Positions 1 to 12,100 of a DNA stretch of 64,000 nucleotides are shown here, piece by piece (the first letter of the stretch is position 1; every line of letters begins with the position of its first letter). The DNA is from Anthoceros angustus. Taxonomy: Eukaryota > Plantae > Anthocerotophyta. Made by a program: the position numbers and the translations under genes. The stretch covers positions 372,001 through 436,000 of the forward strand of contig MU008202.1 of assembly GCA_010909165.1 (NCBI GenBank), written 5' to 3'. The notes beneath the pieces are model-generated. The model made no database searches. It was not told the origin of the DNA and saw only the letters and a program-made list of their open reading frames with translations.

Positions 1-1450
1 GGCATAGGCAAGTATAAACCGGATGGATTGACCGCGAACTACGGTGAGAATGTCTCCCAGTAGTCGAGCCCCTCACTTGCGTGAACCCTCTAGCCACAAG
101 TCGAGCTTTAAAGCAACTTCCCTTTGCATTCAACGAGTTTGAACACTTGCAGGATATGGCCTTGCGGCTGGTGGAAGGTCGCAAGAATCCGTGTGGTTCT
201 TCACAAGAGCGATATTCATCCTCCCTGCCTTCCACCGCACATGTTCGGGGCCATGGAAGGCTTGGGAAAGGCTAGTAGGCTCATCGGGAAGAACAAGGCT
301 CGTAGCAAGGGCCTGGACAAGATGTGTGTTCTAAAATCCATCGATAGCGGGTTCATCCCATTCGGTGGTGGCGGCGCGAGACCTCCGGAGCTCTAGGTCT
401 GGTGCAGCTCATCTAGTCAGGGACATCGTGTTCAAGGTCGACGAGGCGGATCGGCGGCGGCAGATCATCTCGCGCACCAGTTAAACACCCCTCTGCATCT
501 AGAAAGGCCCCTCGTTAGGTAAAAGTGGGGTCCTAATTCGGGGTTGAAGGTGGCGGCGTTTGATCTCTGGAGCAAGTGATCGTGCAAAAGAATGGCTCCA
601 TGTCGTCCATAGGATAATCACACATCAAGATCTCGAGGCGCAAGGGCATCCACATCTCAAGAAATCAGGGGGTATTGCCATCAATAACGGAATCTTTGAG
701 CTGCAGTTCGAGGAAGGTCACATGCGTGCGAGCACAATGGACCCGATATCGTATTGACCAGCTTATACGCTTTTGTCCTTTATGCCCCAACAAAAGAAAG
801 ACCTGCTCGGGGATCAAGCTTCTTCCTTTTTTCAGTGGGGATGTGTGCAAATGCTCGAGATCCAAAGACCTTCAAATGTAGCAGGCTTGGCTTGCGAGAC
901 CAGAAAACCTCGTAAGGTGTCTTATGTGGGACGGAGCTCGTCAGCACCCTGTTCAAGATGTACGTTGCAGTAACAATGGCCTCTGCCCAATAACCTTGAG
1001 GTAATCCAGCCCAAATGAGCATGCTTCGAGTCATTGCCAGAAGAGTTTGATTTTTCCGTTTTGACACGCCATTTTGCTGTGGCGTGTAGGGGACAGTGAG
1101 TTGGCGTAGAACTCCATGTTCTTGCAGCAAGTCGTCGAAGAACGATTCACAAATTGTCCCGTTGTCGATTCGAGCACCTTCAAGAAGATGCTGCTCCTCT
1201 CTGATAAAGAACCAGCCGCCTTTGAAAAAGGAAAGTGTGTCACTCTTGATTTGCCGGAATGTCCAGTATATCTACTATAGTCATCTGTCAAGGTGAAAAA
1301 GTATTGAGAACCTCCTAGGGATGGTTCCTGGATTTTCCCTGAGATGTCGGCATGAACTAAACCAAGGACTTGTGATGCCCTATGTGCTGGGGCAGTAGGA
1401 AAGGGAGACGCTTTCTGCTTCGCCAATATACAAGACTCGCACACGGGCAG

Positions 1451-1745
1451 ATCTTTGAAACACTTGGGAAGGGGCTCACGATGGCATTCTGTGATAGACA
1501 TGTCTATCAGCTTGGAGCGATTGACATGCCCCAAGCGAGCATGCCACAGCATGGCCTCTTGATGGAGACTAGGTGACCTAGTCCCATTGAATGGGCGCAT
1601 CTTTGAAACACTTGGGAAGGGGCTCACGATGGCATTCGTGGATAGACATGTTCATCGCCTTGAGCGATTGACATGCCCCAAGCGAGCATGCCACAAGATG
1701 GCCTCTTGATGGAGACTAGGTGACCTAGTCCTCGTTGAATGGGCG
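1451..1745. repeat. ~148-bp tandem duplication in the copia GAG-pre-integrase region
   Basis: atctttgaaacacttgggaaggggctcacgatggcattc...gaatgggcg starts at 1451 and again at 1599; the LWHARLGH motif is encoded twice. Confidence 0.9.
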
Positions 1746-2568
1746 ATCGATGTGCGCTTGTTACACGTTATGTCTAATTTGTACAGGTCATTGTCTAAAA
1801 TGCCTTTGAAGACACACCTATCAGGAGACTCTTTTCTGTAAAAACAGCAAGTCTGAAAATCTGCACGCATCAGAAAGGTACGTGATCTCATGACCTGACT
1901 CAACGACATGAGGTTCTTGGCCATGCTTGGTACGAAGAGAACATCTTCTAACATGAGGTGTGTGTGATCATGCAGCATAAACACACATGTTCCTCGACCT
2001 TCTATCTCAGACTTGTCTTGACCTCATCACTAAGAAGAACCTTGTCATGGACATGAACAAGGTTGAGGGAAGTAAACAACTTCCTCTCGCAAATGTGAGT
2101 GGTGGCGCGGAATCAAGGTACCGCCTTCATCTTGCAAGAGCTTGACAAGCGGATGGTAAGGATCCTCACGGATGCCTTGGAATCGCTTGACTTGTCCTTA
2201 AGCGCCACGCGTTCGCAGCAGTTTAGGTTGCTTGAGGCTCACGCCTTTCTCTTCGGCATTCTCTTGCCCGTGGCGAGGTCCCACCAATTGCGAGGAACCG
2301 TTTGGTGTTGGAAGATTCGCCTTACATTGTCGAAGGTGTTATGTCCCCCTCGAATTTGTTCTTGCCGGTAGAAGGGCGGAAATTGCGGCTAACACCTTCT
2401 CGCTTTGCTCTTAGGAACACCGGTGAGAATGCGCGCTTTGCTCCTCCGGAACAATGCACCAATCACTTCTTCTAGAGTGATGGTCAAAGTTGACCGAGGA
2501 AGTCGCAGATATGTCTAATGGGTCCGCTTTTGGCTTGTAACAAATGCTTGATAAGAGACGGAAGGCGG

Positions 2569-3138
2569 TTAGCGGTGAACGATCAACTTGACATTTTGTC
2601 TCCGGTCATGGATGCCATTTGTGCATGATGATAAATCTGCGGTATGAGCCACCTTGTCACCTTCTCTCATTTTGAGTGCATAGAACTCTTGCCGAACTGC
2701 GCAGAGAGTCATCATGTTCTGAACTTGGTATGTCTTTTCAAGGTGGTTCCAGATCTCAGCTGCAGCAGTGAAGAATTCGACCTCAGGAACAAGGTCAGCG
2801 TTTAAGCCTCCGATAAGGAGAGCCATGGCAATGCCATTGAGCAAATCCCACTTGGCAATGTCATCGGCAGTGGGCGGAGGATTAGCTGTTTGTACGGGTT
2901 TCTTGCAAGTTCCATCCACAACGGCCCAAACACCACGAGCAACAAGCATGCTCCTCATGCGGACTCTCCATATTGAGTAGCCCTGTCCTTTAAACCTGTC
3001 TTTCTCTTTAAGTTCTGAGGTAAAAGAAGGCATGGATGCTGATGTTGCCATGGCTGAGGGCTGAGTGGTTTGATGTACAGTAAGTTGCTGAAAATTGTTA
3101 ATGAGTGCGTTCAAATGTGCTGCAGTGGACATGAACAC
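2569..3138 (-). pseudogene. copia gag (UBN2-type) fragment
   Basis: YSIWRVRMRSMLVARGVWAVVDG...AAEIWNHLEKTY...LKMREG; clearly similar to gag of element B at 10327-10800. Confidence 0.88.
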
Positions 3139-4228
3139 TTAGACAGACTATAGAGAGCTATGGCTCTAACAGTACAGGTAAGTATTCATGCATCATATAT
3201 TTATATGTAATTAAATACTGATCATAATATGCGTGGAGGGATCTGGGAGGTCGGCAAGAGGAGGGGTAGCAGTTATGCCCCTCGTCTTGAACTCCTCAAC
3301 TTTCCTTCCCCTCGCTATTGAGCAGTTTGCCACTATGGGCAACCCTAAAATAATGCCTTTTCATTTATTGTGACGCTTCGCTTAGGTCAAATCAACCGAC
3401 ATGTCCCTGAAGTGACACTGGTGGACCAATGTGGTTGTATGCGATTCAAAGAGGTGCGAGGAACAATGCACCGATTCGAGATGAGGAATTCCTCCTGCGC
3501 CTGGATGTCTCCACTTTGGAGCAGCGGAAGGCTTCACAGGACATGGGCGATGGAGTCTGATCCATCGCAGTTAATGCTTAAGATTACGCAATTTGAGGTC
3601 CATGTTTTGAAGGAGATCGATGTGTGGGCGATATCCTGTTGGAGCTCATATTTGCAAATCAAAATTGCTCGCTCTGCGTCAGAATCCAGGCTGCAAACTC
3701 TGTTCTTGAGAAACACCTGGTTTGACAGCACAAGGGACAGAACTTTTTCCACACGGATAAGTATCGCTTTTGATTTGTTAGCAGTGATCCTCAATCCAGT
3801 GTGGGCATTAGAGTCTGTGTTGTGGTGTCTTGCTGCAGATTGTCGCGTGGCCCTGTGTCTTCTTCTGAGATCAAGGGTTATTTACCGCAGTCTCGAACAA
3901 ATAATGGGAGGCTGAAGCTTCTGGTCGAGGTGTGGGGCATGTGGGGTTCATCCTCTCCTGGCAACGTGCTCGATAGAGCCGGTTGGCCTCTTGATTTCAA
4001 TATCCGTGAAGATGTAGGCGCGGCGTTGAGCGGGCGGTCTTTGCGGCCGAGAGGCGGGGTAGTTTTGCTCGTGAGGTCAAGTGTCTACAGGGTGCTATGT
4101 GTCTTGGTGGACATCCTCCTAGATGAGAATAGCTAGAGGATCCACCTAGATGTGAGCCTCTACGATTGCCACCTTGCCTCGGCATATTTCAAAGTTGTTA
4201 CACAAGATGCGAGCATGGCTCGATACCA

Positions 4229-6196
4229 TGTGAAGTAATGTTGAAGACTAGAAAGTCGAAACCTAGATTGATAAGATAATGTACAATACAAAAATGTTTG
4301 TCTAATCTACTTCTTAAACTGGCCATAGTGTCGCTTCACTAAATGACCTTTCATAACCCTAACGTATACATGTTATTAATACCAAAGCGAGTTTTAGAAC
4401 AGCATAATATTTGAAGCGGCTGAATATACATCAAGCGGCTTTTGACGTGAATATACGCGAAACGGGGTTTTCGATGGGCATTGAAATGTGTATTTGAGCA
4501 TACCCTGCAGAAGAAGGCACACAATTAGGGTGTCGTGAAATTTTATATATTTTAGCGGCTTACAATGGTAGCGAAGGATTTGACCTGTAGACCATTGTTT
4601 TCAATGGAAATGATGCCCATGTCGTTAGTGCATGCCATTCGTTAAACAACGATGAAATGAACATGGCGACCATCTCTGCAGCATCGAAGGGAATGCATCG
4701 GCTATTTCTATGCGTGCTATACATCCAATCCGAACACGGTCGATGTCATTGTGTACAACGAGGCGTGAAGACCCTAAACACGCCGTAAGTGACACACCTA
4801 GGCGGCATGCGGCGCCCAAGTCATGCTCAAAGGCTACGTGCATTGGGCGCCGGCATGCCGGCACCCAAGATTCATGGCCTTTGGCAATGACTGGACGTCC
4901 AACAAACACTTTCCTTCTGCCGAGAAACTACCTGAACCGTAATGGCTTCTCCGGACTGCTCAACATCGGTTAGACACCCTAGGCTAGTGGCTAAGAAACC
5001 ACAACCGTGATGGCTTCTCCGGTGGCTATCAAAACAAGGAGCATGGGGAGCATAAGGGCATGATGAAGAAGAAGAAGAAAATGAGGCATGAGGGGCGCCG
5101 GCATGCCGCCCTCATTCAACATATACTTTGTCCTCAATTATTTGTATATGGGAAAGTTAATGGAGTGGTAAGCCTGAAAGTTGGAAATAAGAGGTCTTGA
5201 GTTCAAGTCTTCTTCTAGGCGCCGCATGCGCATGCTGAAATGAACTTTTCATGTTGTGTAGGGAATAGGTAATATATGTATCGAAATGAGAGCATAGTAT
5301 GTGTTGTAAAAGTGATTGGTTTGGTTTAAATTCTTATTCTAATAATTTGCATACTTGAACTCAAAATCATGGAAATTATTTTAAATTTCAAAGGTTTTCT
5401 AAGCACCGTTTGAAATTACCCATGCCCTAATATTCATGATCTCAAATTTCACTTGAATCGGAATGGAGAAGAGAGACATGACACGGCCAAGTTTCTTCCC
5501 TATTCTCGAGCTCGTGTAGGCGCGACTATCTTTCTCTGGAGGTCATAGCAATTGAATACGTTTTTGTATGTTGGACACCATCTTTGTGAGCGACCAAGGC
5601 TGCGTCGTGATCGGAAGTGTGAAAGGTGGTGTGTTTTTCTCATTCTCTTGCGCAAGCAAGCGAGCGTGCCTAATATATGTAAGTCATAATGTGCATGGGT
5701 GCGGGACAAGTGGTTGTAAGCCCTAGTGTTAATGCGAGCACACCGCTCATAGAAAACCTATTTAAGGGGCAGCATGCCCTATGGAGGGAGCATAAGAGCA
5801 TAGGGTGCTAGCATATTGGCACCTTCATTGATATATGTTATTTGCATATCATAAAGTTTTGTTGTCTCCTAAAGTTGGTAAAGTGGTAAAAAACTCGGCT
5901 AAGAATCATAGATCGCGAGTTCGAGATCCAATTGTAGTTTTTATATTAGTTAAGTTGAGTTTCTTTTAGGGGCCGCGCACCACACACTTGCCGTGCACCA
6001 TGAGGCAAAATTTTGTCCAAACGGACCAAACCCGCGACGGGCGAATAAGACCCAAATGCGTAAACCGAGAACATTAAGAATCATGGGTTTTGGGGATCAT
6101 GTTGAATCGAAATTGGTCCGGGGTTTGAAAGCGGCTTCGTATATTCAGCCGCTTCAAATATTATCGTGTTTTAGGTTATATTTATATATCTTCACA
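4229..6196 (-). mobile_element. 5' LTR of copia A (about 190 bp once the insert is removed), interrupted by a TIR element
   Basis: TGTGAAG at 4229 directly abuts the PBS; its reverse complement CTTCACA is at 6190-6196. Removing the insert plus one TTAG copy leaves about 190 bp, similar to the 173-bp LTRs of copia B. Confidence 0.6.
4398..6170. mobile_element. non-autonomous DNA-transposon-like element with ~32-bp terminal inverted repeats
   Basis: ataatatttgaagcggctgaatatac (4404-4429) is the exact reverse complement of 6139-6164. TTAG flanks both sides (4394-4397, 6171-6174). No transposase ORF seen. Confidence 0.7.
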
Positions 6197-6961
6197 CAAG
6201 ATCTGTCTCAAAAAGTGTGAGTTTGCGCGTGGCGTGTGGATGAATTGAATACTGATCCTTCATGGTGATTTTGGCAGCCTATGGGGACGGTGCAGCTGGC
6301 GTGGAGGTTAGTGGCTCAATGCCGCCGCACAAAGGGTGGACATGAGCGGAGAAACGGGCGGGAGTCGCCGCTAGGCTGGGTCGCAAAGACGCACCCGGAT
6401 GTTGAAGATGCGTGAGGAGCCGCACCCGACGAGCGTCAGAAGAGCCTGTAGGCCGCCGCCATGGTGTGGTATGTAAGTCCATGTTGTCGCAATAAGCCGG
6501 ATTGATTTATCGTGGACTGAGTAGATATTGATGCCAGTTCCTATCTTCCAGCTATGCAGAGTGTGGACAAAATGGCAAATGAAACACGCACCGGGCGAGC
6601 GCATCCAGGGGACATCCAGAAATCCGCTATCGCAGGTAACGTGGTTGGTGGAGGGGGAGTGCTTGTGGACAGTAACGAAAAGGCAGACTATGTTACAGTC
6701 ATTGTTGCAATTTTCTGTTACACTTCCAAATTGCAACATGCTATGTAGGCTTGGTATTAAGTTGATGATTCCGCTATCTCTTCATCATCTGCCACCATCT
6801 TAACATGAACCTGGCTCACTCTCTCATCACCTCACCCTCCTAAGTACACCCTCCCTCTCGCAAGCATTGTTTATGATTTCAAACATATACAATGAAAACC
6901 TGCTTATGTTATAGTCCTTTGTTACAATTTCATATAACACTTTCCACGTGGAACACCCAAA

Positions 6962-7144
6962 AAGTTAGTTGGCTTGGTGTTCAGTTTGTGATTTTCTCCT
7001 CCACCTTCTCTCACCATCTTAACAACATGCAAGTGGTCTCCTGACCTTATACCTCACCATTAAGAGCTTATCATTAAGTTTGTTGGTTTGGTGTTAAGTT
7101 TGTGATTTTCTTCTCCACTTTCTCTTACCATCTTAACAACATGC
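6962..7144. repeat. imperfect direct repeat (about 70-bp core, two copies about 115 bp apart)
   Basis: aagtt.gttgg.ttggtgtt.agtttgtgattttct.ctccac.ttctct.accatcttaacaacatgc at about 6962 and 7076. Confidence 0.75.
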
Positions 7145-7561
7145 TTTTGGTCTCTCCTTTCACCTCACACTCCTAGTTAATGCTCCAAAGATGACACCCA
7201 TTTTTTGTTTCCTCTTTGTGTTGCAACATGATGACAATGAGCTCCCTCTCTCACAAGATTTTATTCTTCCCCTCTTGCTTTTCCTACAAAGAACAAGAAC
7301 TCTATCTCTCTCCCTGTGGGTATCATTCTCTTTCCATCTTACCTCCTTTGCATAGCTATGCATTTATGATTAATCTACTTCCTCTTCAAAGCACCCTTGT
7401 GTCCACACCTGGTTTTGTTTTTAAGCCCCAGATACACAACTGAAACTCTTGTTATTACCTAATTATGTAAGGTAGGATTCCACATTATTTATATGTCTAT
7501 CTATATATACGGTTGGCAGGCCGACTTGTTCTGTATAATCCTATATATATGACTAAACACG

Positions 7562-7565
<4 letters not shown>

Positions 7566-7647
<82 letters not shown>
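7566..7647. repeat. (TA)n microsatellite, about 41 units
   Basis: Uninterrupted TA run. Confidence 0.97.
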
Positions 7648-7648
<1 letters not shown>

Positions 7649-8936
7649 GATAATGAATACATACCTTTATATATAGGTACAAAATCATAGGTATGTCGCT
7701 AGTAGGGATTGCTAGAATTGTATCCCATCAATTCGTCTCGGCTATCATTGAGCTACTCCGCAAGATTGTCGGATTTGTGTCCTCGGACATCCAAGGCCAT
7801 CACCGCAAGTACTTGTGAAAACCATCTCACTCTCATGCCCCTCCATGGTGTGAAGTAGCTCACCTCAAGTGAAGACCTTGTGCAAAAATAAAAAGTATGC
7901 AGAGGACTTGAATGGGCGGAGGACAAGCTTGCGGCCATGCCCCTCTAAATGCGGGCGACATGAAGAGTTTACTATCGTACCACCGTAACTCCATGATGTA
8001 AATAATTATCTTGTACCATGAAGAGCGTAATCTAGATGTTAGGAAAGTCAAGTTAATCCCCATTGGTCAAGTGTACAAGCAAATGACAATCACATCCTTG
8101 TCACCATGTGTCAGATGCACAACCGGCCGGTTGTCAGTTCTTTGTGGCACTAATAGCATGATCATAGTGAAAACCCGCCCGAGGTCCGAGGTTTTAATTT
8201 AGCAACCTGCAGGTACTATTACTAATCGGCGCACTGCACGTGAGACGAGGGTATGCTTTATACCATATGGCCCCGCATACTGCAGAGATAGGGCATGCTT
8301 TATAACAAGTGGCTATGGGCATGCTTGCTTTATACCATGTGGCCCCGCACACTGCAGAGATGAGGGTATGCTTTAGGGCGGGTTTACACTAGAGTGGTCA
8401 TGACCACTGTGTGGATTGAGAGCTTTACTGGGTGTTGTCCATAAACCCTTATACACTACTCCGCCATGCCATGGTGACATGGCAAGTTCTCTCACCAAAG
8501 CCGCCAAGAGCTACCGGCTCATGTGTTTTTAATTTTTTGAGAGTGGCAGCATCATGTAATTTCACATCATACAATCCCCCTTAAACGGAAAGACATATAC
8601 CTAGTTAGATCCACAATTACCGTGGTCCTGAATGTGCAATGCCAATTGTGTCGCCATCGATGCATCGTAGTTCGGCCGTCTTGTGTCCGCTCTCTGACCC
8701 TGGCCCACCATGCTTTCACCCTATTGACTCACTTCATTTTGTAAGTGAAGCGACCTCTTTCCACAAATTAGAACTCATTTGGAAACCATTGCTTTGCTTG
8801 CAGGACATAGATTCATTTTTGCGTTAGCCTCGTGAAAGTATGTTCTCGACGTTGGTGGTTTGGGCAAGGTCAAGACTGCAGGCAGGAGCGTCACAAGGCT
8901 CACAACAGGTGGCTCGCAAGGCTCACAAGTGAGTGA

Positions 8937-9109
8937 TGTTGGACATATAACCAGCAGGGGTTAATATGATGACCTAGTTATTTAGGGTTACGAGACTTTA
9001 TTTTGTATATAATACTTTTGCCCTTTGTTGAATACATATCGCCTTTGTTTATTGCTCGCTACTCCTTGCATGCTCACTTGCTTAGCTAGATGCAAGAGGT
9101 ATTTGCACA
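8937..9109 (+). repeat. 5' LTR of copia B
   Basis: tgttggacatataacc...gaggtatttgcaca; near-identical to 16835-17007. Confidence 0.95.
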
Positions 9110-12100
9110 TGGTACGAGCCCTGATGGTATCTCCTTTGTATCTTGCAATGCCACGTGGTGGAGAACGTGGCGTGGTGAATTTCCTTCACGCCACAATCAC
9201 ACATTCCCCACCCACTCCCAAACCGCCATGGACCAATGAGACACTCGATAATTATCGAGTTTTGATACGACGGTTTTGGAAGAGGCAATTGCAGAACAAA
9301 GAAGGCTCCAATTTGAAAGCAGGAGCAAAGAACGGATAAACATCATGAAATTGAGGCTTGTAGAAGCGTTCAAACAAGTGACCCAAAATCGAAATTGAAG
9401 AAACCACCTATATATCAGCATATAGATAATAGCAATTGCGGTCTAATTTGGAGTTTCTTGATGATGCTATTGCGTAAGATTACGATTACGAATATCCCGA
9501 TTATGAATATATATATTACGTGGTGGAATTTCATTGTAATCGTATTGAGATACGTGTAGCTCAATGCGTGCAAGGGATACTTTTCTAGAGGTTATGCATG
9601 AGCAGGAGAAGCGCGCTACATGCACTCTCTTCCTTGAAGGAAGAATATTCGTCATTTGCAACATATCGCAATCAATTGTTACTTCTTCTTGGGGATTCTA
9701 ATTTACCTCCCTTGAGAAATTCAAGCGGACTCACCATTCTTTTCGGAGAATCTAAATCTTTGGGGCATGATTGCCCGCCCATCGCGATCCTGTGATCGGG
9801 TTTCCACGCACAAGGAGAGGAGAGCGATTAGGGATTGCATTGGATTGCTCCATTTGGATAGATGAAGAGGCGGCTAGGGTTACACTCCGTGACACATGTA
9901 GTTTAGCTTCACGTTACTGAATCCCAACGCTTCCTCCTTGTAACCCTAACTTGTAGTTTTCTTAGGTCTTTTGTTTCACATTTTACCCTTAGCTAGATGC
10001 AGTTATTGTGCCTTGGCATCTTTGATCTTTTCTAAGTCCCCAGCCACATCCTGTTGTCCCAGTTTCTTCGTGTCGATTAGCTTAGTTCCGTCTTTCCGCA
10101 CATCTTGCAAACACAGACATGACAACTCCTACTTTCACATCGATATTAAGGACAAAGACAGTTTAATGGCACTAGGTTTGACATATGGAGTGTGAGGATG
10201 AAGTCAACCTTACTTGCCCGTGGAGTGCAGGCGTTATTGATGGTTCAAATCCGGATCGGGCACTCCTTCTAATCCTATGGCGGCGGTGCTACAGTCACGG
10301 TTGCACAGAAGGAGAGATGGGATCAGTTGAACAGCATTGCTGTTGCCTTGCTGATCCATGGGCTTGAATCCGATCTTGTTCCTGAAGTAGAGTTTCTCAC
10401 CAATGCCAAAGCAATATGGCATCAGCTTACTGGAACTTACAAAGTTGAGACAATGATGAGCTTATGCGCAGTTAGGCAGCAATTCTATACCTTGCGCATG
10501 AAGGAAGGAGATTCTGTTGCAGCATTCACCAGCCGATTTAGGCATTTGCGTGCCCAGATGGCTGCTCTTGGCACAACCATGCAAGAGGTGGATGCGGTTG
10601 CTCAACTTCTCACCAGCCTGCCTCCCAGTTACCAAACATTTGTCACTACACAGAACTGTCCCATTCGAGCTGCTGGCCAGAACGTCAAGCTCATAGATGT
10701 TATTGGGGCTCTTTATCAAGAGGAGATGAGCCGCCAGATGTCATCAAGGGGCCGGCCTCGTCGACAAAAGTATTTTCGACAAAAGTCGCTTCAACACTAG
10801 AGGCGAGGGAGAGGCCAACCACTTGCTCGAGAATGTTACCTACCCTCCTACCTCAAAGAGACAAGGTAATCAGAATCGTGTGGATCTCACAGGCATTGGG
10901 CCGAGAGTGCGAAAGAAGAAAGCCGGGAGCCTCGGCAACACCTCGACTGCGTTGCACACACCACATCACAATCAAAGATAAGGTTTGAACCTCGGCCTAG
11001 TAAGCCGATGGTGAAAATCTTCACGGTTGCACGAACACTCAAGCGAGTGATGTAGATAGTTGGTACCTTGATAGTGGTGCCACGGCTCACATTTGTCGTG
11101 ATGAATTCCTTTTCACTAGCTTGACTCTTACCACTTTCGACAAAGTGTATTTAGGCGATGAATCTAGTTCCTAGTGCATATACATGGCAAAGGAGTCAGA
11201 ATTCCACTCCATGATGATCTTTTTAGTCCTCACGATGTTCTCTATGTGCCCAAGATGGCCAAAAACTTATTGTCACTCGGTGGGATAATGAAAATGCAAG
11301 ACACGGTACTTACAGGTTTAGAAACCACATGTTGCTTTTCTCGTCGCAACTCTCCCTCTCTTTTATTTTCAAAGTTGTCTTAGACTCGAGTTATATCGTC
11401 TGGATATCTCCTGTGTCGTCGTGAACAAGTCAACTCCACCAGCGTTGGTCATTTAACAATGTATGACAGAGACTTTGGCATGCCGTCTTGGGCATGCAAA
11501 TCGATCTAAACTTGTTGATCTTTCTAAGCGGGGATTACAGGGAACCTCTTCCTCGTTGCTTTAAGGACCTGCCCATATGTGAAGTCTGCCTTAGCAAAGC
11601 AATGGAGACCCCTTCCAGCCAGTTCCATTCGATCCATAGTCGGAGTTAGTACATGCCGACATCGTGGGAGACTTGAGGAGATCTCTTGGTGGAGCACAAT
11701 ATTATTTTACCCTCACGATTCTGAGGATATACTTGGACCTATCCTATGGAGCATAAGAGCGATACCTTCCTTTGTTTCAAGAGGCGGTTGCTTGTAGTTC
11801 AAAGACAAGCGCCACAAGTTAAAAATGTTCCGCACCGATAATGGTGGAGAATTTACGAGCTTTGCCTTTGAGCACTTCACGGAGGCGAAGGCATTATCCA
11901 TCGACTTATAGTCCCATATACGCCTTGAATGGTGTTGCGAAAGAAAGAATCGAGGATGAGTATGGCGAGATCCATGCTCCTATGGTCCGGATTACCTCCT
12001 CCTTCGGGCGAGTTATCTACCTACATATTGAATCGCCTTACCTCTCACTGCATTCACTGGCACACCTTCCAACTCTTTTGGAATCGCAAACCAAGTATTC

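Larger units (their letters stand above)
1..4228 (-). mobile_element. Ty1/copia LTR retrotransposon A, internal region (leader, gag, protease, GAG-pre-integrase, integrase, start of RT); frameshifted; continues past the window start
   Basis: gag at 2569-3138 (FKGQGYSIWRVRM...LKMREGDKVA). LWHARLGH...CESCILAKQ at 1031-1984. Integrase TVPYTPQQNGVS/WAEAIVTATYILNR/HLKVFGS at 780-1130. RT start KARLVARGFTQ near 75-110. Integrase before RT gives copia order. Met-tRNAi-type PBS (TGGTATCGAGCC on - strand) at 4217-4228; linking this PBS to the gag 1 kb away is an inference. Confidence 0.88.

Noticed and set aside
3370-3915. 181-aa plus-strand ORF as a host gene
   Set aside because: Lies antisense within the retroelement leader and has no recognisable homology.
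5150-5215. Functional tRNA gene
   Set aside because: No convincing acceptor or anticodon stems; only degenerate A/B boxes, reported as a finding instead.
6230-6810. GC-richer coding-like stretch
   Set aside because: No frame gives a recognisable protein; cannot be assigned.
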